Of a DNA stretch of 64,000 bases, positions 37,301 to 49,414 are shown in pieces; within the stretch, counting starts at the first letter, position 1; every line of letters begins with the position of its first letter. Under the pieces are notes generated by a model. The model was given only the letters and a program-made list of their open reading frames with translations. It was not told the DNA's origin and made no database searches. The position numbers were made by a program, and so were the translations under genes. The stretch is from Escherichia coli. Its GTDB lineage: Bacteria; Pseudomonadota; Gammaproteobacteria; Enterobacterales; Enterobacteriaceae. The stretch lies in NCBI RefSeq assembly GCF_002854065.1, contig NZ_CP024147.1; one strand, given 5' to 3'.

Positions 37301-40123
37301 TTACAGCATCGGCTTGAGGAAGCGTGCCGTATGCGAAGCTTCGCACTCCGCGACGGTTTCTGGCGTACCGGAGACGAGGATTTCGCCGCCGCCACTGCCG
37401 CCTTCTGGTCCCAGGTCGACAATCCAGTCAGCGGTTTTGATCACGTCGAGATTGTGCTCAATCACCACAATGGTGTTGCCCTGATCGCGCAGTTTATGCA
37501 GTACGTCGAGCAGTTGCTGAATATCGGCGAAGTGCAGACCGGTGGTCGGCTCGTCGAGAATATACAGCGTCTGCCCGGTGCCGCGTTTTGACAGCTCACG
37601 CGCCAGCTTCACGCGCTGGGCTTCACCACCAGAAAGTGTGGTTGCGGACTGCCCCAGGCGAATGTACGTCAGACCAACGTCCATCAACGTTTGCAGCTTA
37701 CGCGCCAGAGCTGGCACCGCATCAAAGAACTCACGCGCCTCTTCGATGGTCATATCCAGCACTTCGTGGATGGTTTTGCCTTTGTACTTAATCTCCAGCG
37801 TTTCACGGTTATAGCGTTTACCTTTGCACTGGTCGCACGGCACGTAAATGTCCGGCAGGAAGTGCATCTCCACTTTGATCACGCCATCGCCCTGACAGGC
37901 CTCGCAGCGTCCGCCACGGACGTTAAAGCTGAAACGTCCTGGCGTATAACCACGCGCACGGGATTCCGGTACGCCCGCAAACAGTTCGCGCACAGGCGTA
38001 AACACGCCGGTATAGGTCGCCGGGTTAGAACGCGGAGTACGACCAATTGGGCTTTGGTCGATATCGATTACTTTGTCGAAATGCTCCAGTCCCTGAATAT
38101 CGCGATACGGTGCCGGTTCGGCGATGGTCGCACCATTCAACTGGCGTTGGGCAATCGGGAACAGTGTGTCGTTAATCAGCGTCGATTTACCGGAACCTGA
38201 AACCCCTGTGATGCAGGTAAACAGACCGACTGGCAGCGTTAGCGTCACGTCTTTCAGGTTGTTGCCGCGTGCGCCAGTCAGCTTAAGTACTTTTTCCGGA
38301 TTCGCCGGAACGCGTTTCTTCGGCACTTCAATCTTGCGTTTACCGCTCATGTACTGTCCGGTCAACGACTCCGGCACCGCCATAATCGCTTCCAGCGGAC
38401 CTTCCGCGACCACTTCACCGCCATGTACACCTGCACCAGGACCGATATCGATCACATGATCAGCGGCGCGAATCGCGTCTTCGTCGTGCTCCACCACAAT
38501 CACGGTATTACCGAGATCGCGCAGATGGATAAGTGTACCCAACAAGCGCTCGTTATCGCGCTGGTGCAGGCCGATAGACGGCTCGTCCAGTACATACATA
38601 ACACCAACCAGGCCCGCACCAATCTGGCTCGCCAGACGAATACGCTGGGCTTCACCGCCAGAAAGCGTTTCTGCCGAGCGGGAAAGTGTCAGGTAATTCA
38701 GGCCGACGTTAACGAGGAATTTCAAACGATCGCCGATCTCTTTAAGAATTTTTTCCGCAATCTTCGCCCGCTGACCTGCGAGTTTGAGATTGTTGAAGAA
38801 TTCCATCGCATGACCAATGCTCATGTCGGAGATGGCGGGCAGCGGCGTATTCTCGACATACACGTGGCGCGCTTCCCGACGCAGACGCGTCCCTTCGCAG
38901 CTGGCACACGGACGATTACTGATAAACTTGGCTAATTCTTCGCGTACCGCGCTGGACTCCGTCTCTTTATAACGGCGCTCCATATTGTGCAGCACGCCTT
39001 CGAACGGATGACGACGAATGGAGGTATCGCCACGATCGTTCATGTATTTGAATTCAATGTTTTCTTTGCCAGAACCGTACAACACCACTTTATGCACGTT
39101 CGCGCTCAGGCTGCCCCACGGCGCTTCGACGTCGAACTTATAGTGATCTGCCAGCGATTTCAGCATCTGAAAATAATAGAAGTTGCGGCGATCCCAGCCA
39201 CGGATCGCACCACCTGCCAGCGACAGTTCCGGATTCTGGATCACGCGGTCAGGATCGAAATATTGCTGTACGCCGAGGCCGTCACAGGTCGGGCAGGCAC
39301 CTGCCGGGTTGTTAAACGAAAACAGTCGCGGCTCCAGTTCACGCATACTGTAGCCGCAAATTGGGCAGGCGAAGTTGGCGGAAAACAGCAGCTCTTCCGC
39401 TTTCGGGTCGTCCATATCCGCCACTACCGCGGTACCACCGGAAAGCTCCAGCGCGGTTTCAAACGACTCGGCAAGACGTTGGGTAAGATCGTCACGCACC
39501 TTGAAGCGATCAACCACCACTTCAATAGTGTGTTTCTTTTGCAGTTCCAGTTTCGGCGGATCGGAAAGATCGCAGACTTCGCCATCAATACGAGCACGGA
39601 TGTAACCCTGGCTTGCCAGGTTCTCCAGCGTTTTGGTGTGTTCGCCTTTGCGCTCTTTAATGATTGGCGCGAGCAGCATCAGACGCTTGCCTTCCGGCTG
39701 CGACAGCACGTTATCCACCATCTGGCTGACGGTTTGCGCCGCCAGCGGGACGTCGTGGTCCGGGCAACGCGGTTCGCCGACGCGGGCGAACAACAAACGC
39801 AAATAGTCGTGGATTTCGGTGATTGTCCCCACCGTAGAACGCGGGTTATGAGACGTCGATTTCTGCTCAATTGAGATGGCAGGAGAAAGCCCCTCAATAT
39901 GATCGACGTCCGGCTTTTCCATCAGTGACAGAAACTGCCGCGCGTAGGCGGAAAGGGATTCAACGTAACGGCGCTGCCCTTCGGCATATAAGGTGTCGAA
40001 AGCGAGCGAGGATTTGCCAGAACCCGAAAGCCCGGTCACGACAATGAGCTTGTCGCGGGGGATAACGAGGTTGATGTTTTTGAGATTATGGGTGCGGGCG
40101 CCCCGAACTTCGATCTTATCCAT
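37301..40123 (-). CDS. uvrA: excinuclease ABC subunit A
   Basis: 940-aa [56 protein letters not shown]... two ABC ATPase modules. Confidence 0.97.
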   Translation of the reverse strand: MDKIEVRGARTHNLKNINLVIPRDKLIVVTGLSGSGKSSLAFDTLYAEGQRRYVESLSAYARQFLSLMEKPDVDHIEGLSPAISIEQKSTSHNPRSTVGTITEIHDYLRLLFARVGEPRCPDHDVPLAAQTVSQMVDNVLSQPEGKRLMLLAPIIKERKGEHTKTLENLASQGYIRARIDGEVCDLSDPPKLELQKKHTIEVVVDRFKVRDDLTQRLAESFETALELSGGTAVVADMDDPKAEELLFSANFACPICGYSMRELEPRLFSFNNPAGACPTCDGLGVQQYFDPDRVIQNPELSLAGGAIRGWDRRNFYYFQMLKSLADHYKFDVEAPWGSLSANVHKVVLYGSGKENIEFKYMNDRGDTSIRRHPFEGVLHNMERRYKETESSAVREELAKFISNRPCASCEGTRLRREARHVYVENTPLPAISDMSIGHAMEFFNNLKLAGQRAKIAEKILKEIGDRLKFLVNVGLNYLTLSRSAETLSGGEAQRIRLASQIGAGLVGVMYVLDEPSIGLHQRDNERLLGTLIHLRDLGNTVIVVEHDEDAIRAADHVIDIGPGAGVHGGEVVAEGPLEAIMAVPESLTGQYMSGKRKIEVPKKRVPANPEKVLKLTGARGNNLKDVTLTLPVGLFTCITGVSGSGKSTLINDTLFPIAQRQLNGATIAEPAPYRDIQGLEHFDKVIDIDQSPIGRTPRSNPATYTGVFTPVRELFAGVPESRARGYTPGRFSFNVRGGRCEACQGDGVIKVEMHFLPDIYVPCDQCKGKRYNRETLEIKYKGKTIHEVLDMTIEEAREFFDAVPALARKLQTLMDVGLTYIRLGQSATTLSGGEAQRVKLARELSKRGTGQTLYILDEPTTGLHFADIQQLLDVLHKLRDQGNTIVVIEHNLDVIKTADWIVDLGPEGGSGGGEILVSGTPETVAECEASHTARFLKPML

Positions 40124-40208
40124 TCACCTTTCCCGGATTAAACGCTTTTTTGCCCGGTGGCATGGTGCTACCGGCGATCACAAACGGTTAATTATGACAC
40201 AAATTGAC

Positions 40209-40224
40209 CTGAATGAATATACAG
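40209..40224. promoter_or_regulatory. LexA box shared by divergent uvrA and ssb promoters
   Basis: ctgaatgaatatacag (CTG-N10-CAG SOS box) in uvrA-ssb intergenic region. Confidence 0.85.
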
Positions 40225-40377
40225 TATTGGAATGCATTACCCGGAGTGTTGTGTAACAATGTCTGGCCAGGTTTGTTTCCCGGAACCGAGGTCACAACAT
40301 AGTAAAAGCGCTATTGGTAATGGTACAATCGCGCGTTTACACTTATTCAGAACGATTTTTTTTCAGGAGACACGAAC

Positions 40378-40914
40378 ATGGCCAGCAGAGGCGTAAACAA
40401 GGTTATTCTCGTTGGTAATCTGGGTCAGGACCCGGAAGTACGCTACATGCCAAATGGTGGCGCAGTTGCCAACATTACGCTGGCTACTTCCGAATCCTGG
40501 CGTGATAAAGCGACCGGCGAGATGAAAGAGCAGACTGAATGGCACCGCGTTGTGCTGTTCGGCAAACTGGCAGAAGTGGCCAGCGAATATCTGCGTAAAG
40601 GTTCTCAGGTTTATATCGAAGGTCAGCTGCGTACCCGCAAATGGACCGATCAATCCGGCCAGGATCGCTACACCACAGAAGTCGTGGTGAACGTTGGCGG
40701 CACCATGCAGATGCTGGGTGGTCGTCAGGGTGGTGGCGCTCCGGCAGGTGGTAATATCGGTGGCGGTCAGCCGCAGGGCGGTTGGGGTCAGCCTCAGCAG
40801 CCGCAGGGTGGCAATCAGTTCAGCGGCGGCGCGCAGTCTCGCCCGCAGCAGTCCGCTCCGGCAGCGCCGTCTAACGAGCCGCCGATGGACTTTGATGACG
40901 ATATTCCGTTCTGA
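40378..40914 (+). CDS. ssb: single-stranded DNA-binding protein
   Basis: 178-aa [47 protein letters not shown]... ending DDDIPF. Confidence 0.97.
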   Translation: MASRGVNKVILVGNLGQDPEVRYMPNGGAVANITLATSESWRDKATGEMKEQTEWHRVVLFGKLAEVASEYLRKGSQVYIEGQLRTRKWTDQSGQDRYTTEVVVNVGGTMQMLGGRQGGGAPAGGNIGGGQPQGGWGQPQQPQGGNQFSGGAQSRPQQSAPAAPSNEPPMDFDDDIPF

Positions 40915-40983
40915 TTTGTCATTAAAACAATAGGTTATATTGTTTTAAGGTGGATGATTAAAGCATCTGCCAGCCATAAAAAA

Positions 40984-41006
40984 GAAGCCTCCGTTATGGA
41001 GGCTTC
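40984..41006. terminator. terminator hairpin between convergent ssb and yjcB
   Basis: gaagcctcc-gtta-tggaggcttc hairpin preceded by A-run (T-run on minus strand). Confidence 0.65.
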
Positions 41007-41012
41007 TACGTA

Positions 41013-41294
41013 TCAGGTCAAAATCATTGGCCACTGTGGCGGTGTCTGATTCATCTCTTCTATCATCACCGACTCGATGTTGTGCCAGATGGCGGTGATG
41101 TCCGCCATTGTGATGCCAAGCAACCCCATTGCGAACCAGCAGGCGGAAACCACGCCCAGACCGCTGCTGATCACTGCAAGCCCGACATAATCAGACCGAC
41201 GAAAACGGATGTTGAGTGTGCTGGCCAGAAACATCATTACGGCACTAAGAAGTTGCCAGCGAAGAAGAACCATGCCAGTGGTGAGGGTAGCCAT
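41013..41294 (-). CDS. yjcB: small inner membrane protein YjcB
   Basis: Track ORF 41013..41393; start at MATLTTGMVLLRWQLLSAVMMFLAS gives 93 aa. Confidence 0.8.
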   Translation of the reverse strand: MATLTTGMVLLRWQLLSAVMMFLASTLNIRFRRSDYVGLAVISSGLGVVSACWFAMGLLGITMADITAIWHNIESVMIEEMNQTPPQWPMILT

Positions 41295-41722
41295 CAAACA
41301 ATTCCTCTGAAAAGAGCCGATGCCCTGGACAGCGCGGCGTTGTTCACGGGAGGCGTGGTACACTCTGGCTATCGCGGGGCTTGCAGAACACAAAAATGAA
41401 ACACTCTGTTTGTTTCATTAATTTTGTGAACTATATCACAATTGATTGTTTGTTAGCCATATTAGGCCGTGACTTTTATTGCTGTACAGATTATGTGGTT
41501 TTTCAGTGGCATTAAGGGTATATCTTCCCGCCGCCTCTGTATTCCTGTAGAAAATTAATTTTGAATATCAATGAATTATTTTCATCCAGGTGACGATTAA
41601 AAAGGTATCAATTTCAAATCAGGCAAAAGTGCTATTTATACCGTAAGATTTATCTAAAGACGTCGGTAGCCAGGGTTTCACCTTGCAATGGCCGGGTATA
41701 AACAGGCAGGAAATTGATAGCA

Positions 41723-43309
41723 ATGAGTCATCGTGCACGACACCAATTACTGGCGTTGCCGGGCATTATCTTTTTAGTTCTCTTTCCCATCATTCTGTCG
41801 CTATGGATTGCCTTCCTTTGGGCAAAATCAGAAGTGAATAATCAGCTCCGAACCTTTGCTCAACTGGCACTGGATAAATCCGAGCTGGTCATTCGCCAGG
41901 CAGATTTAGTGAGCGATGCAGCAGAACGCTATCAGGGGCAAGTTTGCTCTCCAGCCCATCAAAAGCGAATGTTAAATATTATTCGTGGCTATCTTTATAT
42001 TAATGAATTGATCTATGCCCGTGATAACCATTTTTTATGCTCATCGCTGATAGCGCCTGTAAACGGCTATACGATTGCACCGGCCGATTATGAGCGTGAC
42101 CCTAACGTTTCTATCTATTATTACCGCGATACGCCTTTTTTCTCTGGCTATAAAATGACCTATATGCAGCGGGGAAATTATGTGGCGGTTATCAACCCTC
42201 TCTTCTGGAGTGAAGTGATGTCTGATGACCCGACATTGCAATGGGGTGTGTATGATACGGTGACGAAAACCTTTTTCTCGTTAAGCAACGAGGCCTCGGC
42301 AGCAACGTTTTCTCCGCTGATTCATTTGAAGGATTTAACCGTACAAAGAAATGGCTATTTATATGCGACAGTTTATTCGACAAAACGCCCAATTGCAGCC
42401 ATTGTTGCGACTTCATATCAACGTCTTATAGCCCATTTTTATAATCATCTTATTTTTGCGTTACCCGCCGGTATTTTGGGGAGTCTTGTTCTGCTATTAC
42501 TCTGGCTACGTATTCGACAAAACTATTTGTCTCCCAAACGCAAATTGCAACGCGCCCTAGAAAAACATCAACTTTGTCTTTATTACCAGCCAATAATCGA
42601 TATCAAAACAGAAAAATGTATCGGTGCTGAAGCGTTATTACGTTGGCCTGGTGAGCAGGGGCAAGTTATGAATCCGGCAGAGTTTATTCCGCTGGCAGAA
42701 AAGGAGGGGATGATAGAACAGGTAACTGATTATATTATTGATAATGTCTTCCGCGATCTGGGCGCGTACCTTGCAACACATGCTGATCGCTATGTTTCTA
42801 TTAATCTGTCGGCCTCCGATTTTCATACGTCACGGTTGATAGCGCGAATCAATCAGAAAACAGAGCAATACGCGGTGCGTCCACAGCAAATTAAATTTGA
42901 AGTGACTGAACATGCATTTCTTGATGTCGACAAAATGACGCCGATTATTCTGGCTTTCCGCCAGGCCGGTTACGAAGTGGCAATTGATGATTTTGGTATT
43001 GGCTACTCTAACTTGCATAACCTTAAATCATTGAATGTCGATATTTTGAAAATCGACAAATCGTTTGTTGAGACGCTGACCACCCATAAAACCAGTCATT
43101 TGATTGCGGAACATATCATCGAGCTGGCGCACAGCCTGGGGTTAAAAACAATCGCTGAAGGCGTCGAAACGGAGGAGCAGGTTAACTGGCTGCGCAAACG
43201 CGGCGTGCGCTATTGCCAGGGATGGTTCTTTGCGAAGGCGATGCCGCCGCAGGTGTTTATGCAATGGATGGAGCAATTACCCGCGCGGGAGTTAACGCGC
43301 GGGCAATAA
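41723..43309 (+). CDS. pdeC: c-di-GMP phosphodiesterase (CSS-motif sensor + EAL domain)
   Basis: Track ORF 41714..43309; [21 protein letters not shown]...; EAL-domain motifs ([14 protein letters not shown]) visible; 528 aa. Confidence 0.92.
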
Positions 43310-43311
43310 AA

Positions 43312-43635
43312 CTACAGGCGGTGGCGATAATCGCTGGGAGTGCGATCAAACTGCCGACGGAAAACGCGGGAGAAGGTCTGCTGCGAGACATAACCCAGGT
43401 CCATTGCGATATCAAAAATCGGACGCTCGGTGGTGCGCAACTCAACGGCGGCCAGTAACAGGCGGCGTTGACGAATGTAATCGCCAAGCGTCTGATGCGT
43501 CACCGTGCGGAACATCCGTTGCAGGTACCACTTTGAATAGCCTGATTTTTTTGCGACGACATCAATGTTAAGCGGCTGGTCAATATGCTCGTCAATCCAT
43601 GCGATAAGATCCTGAATAATTTTCTGATGGGACAT
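43312..43635 (-). CDS. soxS: superoxide response AraC-family activator
   Basis: 107-aa ORF MSHQKIIQDLIAWIDEHIDQPLNIDVVAKKSGYSKWYLQRMF... matches SoxS. Confidence 0.97.
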   Translation of the reverse strand: MSHQKIIQDLIAWIDEHIDQPLNIDVVAKKSGYSKWYLQRMFRTVTHQTLGDYIRQRRLLLAAVELRTTERPIFDIAMDLGYVSQQTFSRVFRRQFDRTPSDYRHRL

Positions 43636-43691
43636 AAATCTGCCTCTTTTCAGTGTTCAGTTCGTTAATTCATCTGTTGGGGAGTATAATT

Positions 43692-43709
43692 CCTCAAGTT
43701 AACTTGAGG
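43692..43709. promoter_or_regulatory. SoxR operator within soxS promoter
   Basis: Perfect palindrome cctcaagttaacttgagg between divergent soxS and soxR. Confidence 0.9.
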
Positions 43710-43720
43710 TAAAGCGATTT

Positions 43721-44185
43721 ATGGAAAAGAAATTACCCCGCATTAAAGCGCTGCTAACCCCCGGCGAAGTGGCGAAACGCAGCGGTGTGGCGGTATCGGC
43801 GCTGCATTTCTATGAAAGCAAAGGGTTGATTACCAGTATCCGTAACAGCGGCAATCAGCGGCGTTATAAACGTGATGTGTTGCGATATGTCGCAATTATC
43901 AAAATTGCTCAGCGTATTGGCATTCCTCTCGCGACCATTGGTGAAGCGTTTGGCGTGTTGCCCGAAGGGCATACGTTAAGTGCCAAAGAGTGGAAACAGC
44001 TTTCGTCCCAATGGCGAGAAGAGTTGGATCGGCGCATTCATACCTTAGTGGCGCTGCGTGACGAACTGGACGGATGTATTGGTTGTGGCTGCCTTTCGCG
44101 CAGTGATTGCCCGTTGCGTAACCCGGGCGACCGCTTAGGAGAAGAAGGTACCGGCGCACGCTTGCTGGAAGATGAACAAAACTAA
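43721..44185 (+). CDS. soxR: redox-sensing MerR-family regulator SoxR
   Basis: 154-aa [39 protein letters not shown]... with [12 protein letters not shown] [2Fe-2S] motif. Confidence 0.97.
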   Translation: MEKKLPRIKALLTPGEVAKRSGVAVSALHFYESKGLITSIRNSGNQRRYKRDVLRYVAIIKIAQRIGIPLATIGEAFGVLPEGHTLSAKEWKQLSSQWREELDRRIHTLVALRDELDGCIGCGCLSRSDCPLRNPGDRLGEEGTGARLLEDEQN

Positions 44186-44320
44186 AGCGCCACAAGGGCG
44201 CTTTAGTTTGTTTTCCGGTCTTTGTCTTTCTCTCTATCCCGCTGGTACACAGGAGGGTTTCCCCCGACGTCAACACACCTCATTCGAGCACGTGGTGGAG
44301 GTTCCGGTTGGTGTTGATGC
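44180..44320 (-). ncRNA. ryjA: possible small RNA RyjA (position inferred)
   Basis: In K-12 ryjA lies antisense immediately downstream of soxR (from memory); bidirectional hairpin aaagcgccacaagggcgcttt with T-runs on both strands at 44185..44205 would serve as its terminator; boundaries not verifiable by eye. Confidence 0.3.
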
Positions 44321-44460
44321 TTTAATTGTATGTCACCGACGTTTCTTCGCCAGTGTAAAAGTATACTTTTTAGCCGCAATATTTTTGTCATCTCAGACGA
44401 TTTTTTATCGCAATCCTGAACGGTATACGGCTCGATAACGCTGCAATCTTGCGCATCGAC

Positions 44461-44476
44461 GATAACGTTTGCGCAT
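44461..44476. promoter_or_regulatory. putative PurR operator (distal)
   Basis: gataacgtttgcgcat contains AACGTTTGCG core of the PurR box palindrome (gcAAACGTTTgc). Confidence 0.4.
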
Positions 44477-44602
44477 CAATTGCCTGGTTTTTCATCGTCA
44501 AGACAATAAAAGAGAAAAAAGCAGCAAACTTCGGTTGAAAAAGCCGCTATGATCGCCGGATAATCGTTTGCTTTTTTTTACCACCCGTTTTGTATGCGCG
44601 GA

Positions 44603-44618
44603 GCTAAACGTTTGCTTT
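44603..44618. promoter_or_regulatory. putative PurR operator (proximal) upstream of ghxP
   Basis: gctaaacgtttgcttt contains AAACGTTTGC core. Confidence 0.45.
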
Positions 44619-44731
44619 TTTGCGACGCAGCAAATTGTCGCAAACCTGGAGCGGGAAGATAACGTTTCGCTGGCAGGGGATTGTCCGCCACGCATCTTGA
44701 CGAAAATTAAACTCTCAGGGGATGTTCTCTT

Positions 44732-46081
44732 ATGTCTACGCCATCAGCGCGTACCGGCGGTTCACTCGACGCCTGGTTTAAAATTTCACAACGTGGAAGC
44801 ACTGTCCGTCAGGAAGTGGTTGCCGGGTTAACAACGTTTCTGGCGATGGTCTACTCGGTTATCGTCGTTCCAGGCATGTTGGGTAAAGCGGGCTTCCCGC
44901 CTGCGGCAGTTTTCGTTGCGACCTGTCTGGTTGCCGGACTCGGTTCTATCGTGATGGGTCTGTGGGCTAATCTGCCGTTGGCGATTGGTTGCGCCATCTC
45001 CCTGACGGCGTTTACCGCATTCAGCCTGGTGCTGGGGCAACATATTAGCGTACCTGTCGCGCTGGGTGCCGTGTTCCTGATGGGTGTGCTGTTTACGGTA
45101 ATTTCTGCCACGGGTATCCGTAGCTGGATTTTGCGCAACTTGCCGCACGGTGTGGCGCACGGCACGGGGATCGGTATCGGTCTGTTCCTGCTGCTCATTG
45201 CCGCTAACGGTGTCGGTCTGGTGATTAAAAACCCGCTTGATGGTCTGCCCGTTGCGCTGGGTGATTTCGCGACCTTCCCGGTGATTATGTCACTGGTAGG
45301 TCTGGCGGTGATCATCGGCCTGGAAAAACTGAAAGTCCCTGGTGGCATTCTGCTGACCATTATCGGTATCTCAATTGTCGGTTTGATCTTCGATCCTAAC
45401 GTCCATTTCTCCGGCGTTTTCGCCATGCCTTCATTGAGCGATGAAAACGGCAATTCACTGATTGGCAGCCTGGACATTATGGGCGCGCTGAATCCTGTAG
45501 TCCTGCCAAGCGTTCTGGCGCTGGTGATGACGGCAGTATTTGATGCCACCGGAACTATCCGTGCCGTCGCCGGCCAGGCGAACCTGCTGGATAAAGATGG
45601 GCAGATCATCGACGGCGGGAAAGCACTGACCACTGACTCCATGAGCAGCGTTTTCTCTGGCCTGGTGGGTGCAGCTCCGGCAGCGGTATACATCGAGTCT
45701 GCGGCGGGTACGGCGGCGGGCGGTAAAACCGGGTTGACGGCTATCACCGTTGGCGTGCTGTTCCTGCTGATTCTGTTCCTCTCTCCGCTTTCTTACCTCG
45801 TTCCGGGGTATGCAACGGCTCCGGCGCTGATGTACGTTGGCCTGCTAATGCTGAGCAACGTGGCGAAAATCGACTTTGCTGATTTTGTTGATGCGATGGC
45901 GGGTCTGGTTACGGCGGTATTCATCGTGCTGACCTGTAACATCGTAACAGGCATCATGATCGGCTTCGCGACCCTGGTGATTGGTCGTCTGGTTTCCGGC
46001 GAATGGCGCAAGTTGAACATCGGTACGGTCGTTATCGCCGTGGCGCTGGTGACCTTCTATGCGGGTGGCTGGGCTATCTAA
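44732..46081 (+). CDS. ghxP: guanine/hypoxanthine permease (NCS2/AzgA family)
   Basis: 449-aa [51 protein letters not shown]... Confidence 0.93.
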
Positions 46082-46231
46082 TCTTTCATCGGATTCTGAA
46101 AACGGGTGGCAATGGCTGCCCGTTTTTATTTTCTCCGCACATTGTGTGAGCTTTTGCGATATTCTGAAAAAATGAGAATTCAGGCATAACGTCTTTCTCA
46201 GATCATAAAAAACATCGCAAACAGGGAACGC

Positions 46232-47881
46232 ATGGAAATCTTCTTCACCATACTGATAATGACCCTCGTGGTCTCGCTGTCCGGGGTGGTCACTCGTGTC
46301 ATGCCCTTTCAGATCCCGCTTCCGCTTATGCAAATCGCCATCGGTGCGCTACTGGCGTGGCCGACGTTTGGTTTGCATGTGGAGTTTGATCCTGAACTCT
46401 TTTTAGTCTTGTTTATCCCGCCGTTGCTGTTCGCTGATGGCTGGAAAACGCCGACCCGTGAATTTCTCGAACATGGTCGAGAGATTTTCGGCCTCGCACT
46501 GGCGCTGGTGGTGGTCACCGTGGTCGGCATTGGCTTCCTTATTTACTGGGTGGTGCCGGGCATTCCGCTGATCCCCGCCTTTGCGCTGGCGGCGGTACTT
46601 TCTCCGACCGATGCTGTGGCGCTCTCCGGGATTGTTGGCGAAGGGCGCATCCCGAAAAAAATCATGGGCATTTTGCAGGGCGAAGCGTTGATGAATGACG
46701 CCTCCGGTCTGGTGTCGTTGAAGTTTGCCGTAGCAGTGGCGATGGGGACGATGATCTTCACCGTCGGCGGTGCGACGGTCGAATTTATGAAAGTAGCCAT
46801 TGGCGGTATTCTCGCCGGTTTTGTGGTTAGCTGGCTGTACGGTCGCTCGCTGCGATTCCTCAGCCGCTGGGGCGGTGATGAACCCGCGACGCAGATCGTC
46901 CTGCTGTTCCTGCTGCCATTCGCTTCTTATCTGATTGCCGAACATATTGGCGTTTCCGGCATCCTCGCTGCGGTTGCCGCCGGGATGACCATCACCCGCT
47001 CCGGTGTGATGCGCCGTGCGCCACTGGCAATGCGCCTGCGCGCAAACAGCACCTGGGCGATGCTGGAATTTGTTTTTAACGGCATGGTGTTCCTGCTGTT
47101 AGGTCTGCAGCTACCGGGTATTCTGGAGACGTCGCTGATGGCAGCAGAAATCGACCCTAACGTCGAAATCTGGATGCTGTTTACCGATATTATTCTGATA
47201 TATGCGGCGCTGATGCTGGTCCGTTTCGGCTGGCTGTGGACGATGAAAAAGTTCAGCAACCGCTTCCTGAAGAAGAAGCCGATGGAGTTTGGTTCGTGGA
47301 CCACACGAGAAATCCTGATCGCGTCTTTCGCCGGGGTGCGTGGGGCGATCACTCTGGCCGGTGTGCTCTCTATCCCGCTGCTCTTGCCGGATGGTAACGT
47401 CTTCCCGGCGCGCTATGAGCTGGTGTTTCTGGCGGCTGGTGTCATTCTCTTCTCGCTGTTTGTCGGCGTGGTGATGTTGCCTATTCTGCTACAACACATT
47501 GAAGTCGCGGACCATTCGCAACAATTGAAAGAGGAACGTATTGCGCGAGCGGCAACGGCAGAAGTGGCTATTGTGGCGATCCAGAAAATGGAGGAGCGTC
47601 TGGCGGCGGATACCGAAGAGAATATCGATAACCAGCTGCTTACGGAGGTCAGTTCTCGCGTCATTGGTAACCTGCGTCGTCGCGCCGATGGACGTAACGA
47701 CGTTGAAAGTTCCGTGCAGGAAGAGAACCTTGAGCGTCGCTTCCGTCTGGCGGCATTGCGTTCTGAACGTGCTGAACTGTACCACCTGCGCGCCACGCGG
47801 GAGATCAGCAACGAAACGCTGCAAAAATTACTGCACGATCTCGATTTGCTTGAAGCGTTGTTGATTGAGGAAAATCAGTAA
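46232..47881 (+). CDS. yjcE: putative Na+/H+ exchanger (CPA1 family)
   Basis: 549-aa ORF MEIFFTILIMTLVVSLSGVVTRVMPFQIPLPLMQIAIGALLAW... Confidence 0.93.
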   Translation: MEIFFTILIMTLVVSLSGVVTRVMPFQIPLPLMQIAIGALLAWPTFGLHVEFDPELFLVLFIPPLLFADGWKTPTREFLEHGREIFGLALALVVVTVVGIGFLIYWVVPGIPLIPAFALAAVLSPTDAVALSGIVGEGRIPKKIMGILQGEALMNDASGLVSLKFAVAVAMGTMIFTVGGATVEFMKVAIGGILAGFVVSWLYGRSLRFLSRWGGDEPATQIVLLFLLPFASYLIAEHIGVSGILAAVAAGMTITRSGVMRRAPLAMRLRANSTWAMLEFVFNGMVFLLLGLQLPGILETSLMAAEIDPNVEIWMLFTDIILIYAALMLVRFGWLWTMKKFSNRFLKKKPMEFGSWTTREILIASFAGVRGAITLAGVLSIPLLLPDGNVFPARYELVFLAAGVILFSLFVGVVMLPILLQHIEVADHSQQLKEERIARAATAEVAIVAIQKMEERLAADTEENIDNQLLTEVSSRVIGNLRRRADGRNDVESSVQEENLERRFRLAALRSERAELYHLRATREISNETLQKLLHDLDLLEALLIEENQ

Positions 47882-48016
47882 GCCGAAAGCGACGTAACCA
47901 GGCCCGAGGTAATCTGAAAAAGGTGCAATCTTTTGCACCTTTAACAGGTTAGCTCGGGCTAACATTCATGATTCTAAAACAAATAAGTTATCTCTCTTTT
48001 AGGTAATGACTCCAAC

Positions 48017-48520
48017 TTATTGATAGTGTTTTATGTTCAGATAATGCCCGATGACTTTGTCATGCAGCTCCACCGATTTTGAGAACGACAGCGACTTCCG
48101 TCCCAGCCGTGCCAGGTGCTGCCTCAGATTCAGGTTATGCCGCTCAATTCGCTGCGTATATCGCTTGCTGATTACGTGCAGCTTTCCCTTCAGGCGGGAT
48201 TCATACAGCGGCCAGCCATCCGTCATCCATATCACCACGTCAAAGGGTGACAGCAGGCTCATAAGACGCCCCAGCGTCGCCATAGTGCGTTCACCGAATA
48301 CGTGCGCAACAACCGTCTTCCGGAGCCTGTCATACGCGTAAAACAGCCAGCGCTGGCGCGATTTAGCCCCGACGTATCCCCACTGTTCGTCCATTTCCGC
48401 GCAGACGATGACGTCACTGCCCGGCTGTATGCGCGAGGTTACCGACTGCGGCCTGAGTTTTTTAAATGGCGGAAAATCGTGTTGAGGCCAACGCCCATAA
48501 TGCGGGCGGTTGCCCGGCAT
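48017..48520 (-). CDS. insB: IS1 InsB (expressed as InsAB' transposase by -1 frameshift)
   Basis: 167-aa [57 protein letters not shown]...; overlaps insA 3' end. Confidence 0.95.
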   Translation of the reverse strand: MPGNRPHYGRWPQHDFPPFKKLRPQSVTSRIQPGSDVIVCAEMDEQWGYVGAKSRQRWLFYAYDRLRKTVVAHVFGERTMATLGRLMSLLSPFDVVIWMTDGWPLYESRLKGKLHVISKRYTQRIERHNLNLRQHLARLGRKSLSFSKSVELHDKVIGHYLNIKHYQ

Positions 48521-48714
48521 CCAACGCCATTCATGGCCATATCAATGATTTTCTGGTGCGTACCGGGTTGAGAAGCGGTGTAAGTGAACTGCAGTTGCCA
48601 TGTTTTACGGCAGTGAGAGCAGAGATAGCGCTGATGTCCGGCAGTGCTTTTGCCGTTACGCACCACCCCGTCAGTAGCTGAACAGGAGGGACAGCTGATA
48701 GAAACAGAAGCCAC
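48439..48714 (-). CDS. insA: IS1 InsA
   Basis: 91-aa [46 protein letters not shown]... Confidence 0.95.
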   Translation of the reverse strand: MASVSISCPSCSATDGVVRNGKSTAGHQRYLCSHCRKTWQLQFTYTASQPGTHQKIIDMAMNGVGCRATARIMGVGLNTIFRHLKNSGRSR

Positions 48715-48811
48715 TGGAGCACCTCAAAAACACCATCATACACTAAATCAGTAAGTTGGCAGCATCACCTCTCTTTTAAAGTCATTTCATTGGCTGTTCT
48801 TCGACTTAACC

Positions 48812-49399
48812 TCAATCTGCGTGTTGCATAATATCTGCAGTAATCTTCATAGCGACTGCATTAATATTATCCTCAGTTTGTGACATGCCAGTATGAGAGG
48901 TACAATCTTCTTCAAAGAATTTCTGTAGTGTTACCAGGGTATCACTATCAATGGGGATATTTTCCTCCCCACGGAGAATGGAAATGCCCATTCCCTGGAC
49001 ACTAGCCTCATCGAAATTAACCCGATAGAGACGGGTATTAAACATCCAGGCTTTTGTTAAAACAGAACAGTTGAAATGGCAATTGCTTAAATTGGCATTA
49101 TTAAAATTAACATTAGCCATATTAGAGCCGGTACATATAACCATTTCGAGGAACGTATTTGTTAACCGCGTAAAAAAGAGTTTGCTATCAATTAAGTTTA
49201 TATTCTGGAGGGTTGCTTTATTCAGGTTGACACGAGACAGATCAGCATGTTCAAAGTTAATTAAATCAAGTTTAGAGAAGCTAAGATCGGCTCTAAATAA
49301 ATTAATATATGGCGCTATTACTTTATAAAGATTTACCTCAGCCATGTATGCCATATAAAAATTTGAATAATCAAGGAAGGTATTTTTAATATTGGCTCT
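48812..49399 (-). pseudogene. yjcF: yjcF 3' fragment (pentapeptide-repeat protein split by IS1)
   Basis: Frame is open from the IS1 junction (RANIKNTFLDYSNFYMAYMAEVNLYK...) through track ORF 48812..49354; pentapeptide repeats (ADLSRVNLNKATLQNINLIDSKLFF...NFNNANLSNCHFNCSVL). Confidence 0.9.
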
Positions 49400-49414
49400 G
49401 GTAATGACTCCAAC

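Larger units (their letters stand above)
48002..48769 (-). mobile_element. IS1 insertion sequence (copy 1), 768 bp, in yjcE-yjcF intergenic region
   Basis: Ends ggtaatgactccaacttattgat...atcagtaagttggcagcatcacc are the IS1 terminal inverted repeats; flanked by 9-bp direct repeat TCTCTTTTA (47993..48001 and 48770..48778). Confidence 0.97.

Noticed and set aside
40690-40890. Gly/Gln/Pro-rich repetitive segment near the end of ssb as a possible repeat element or separate small ORF (track ORF 40694..40933)
   Set aside because: It is the known low-complexity disordered linker of SSB, read in frame within ssb; the overlapping +2-frame ORF is a compositional artefact.
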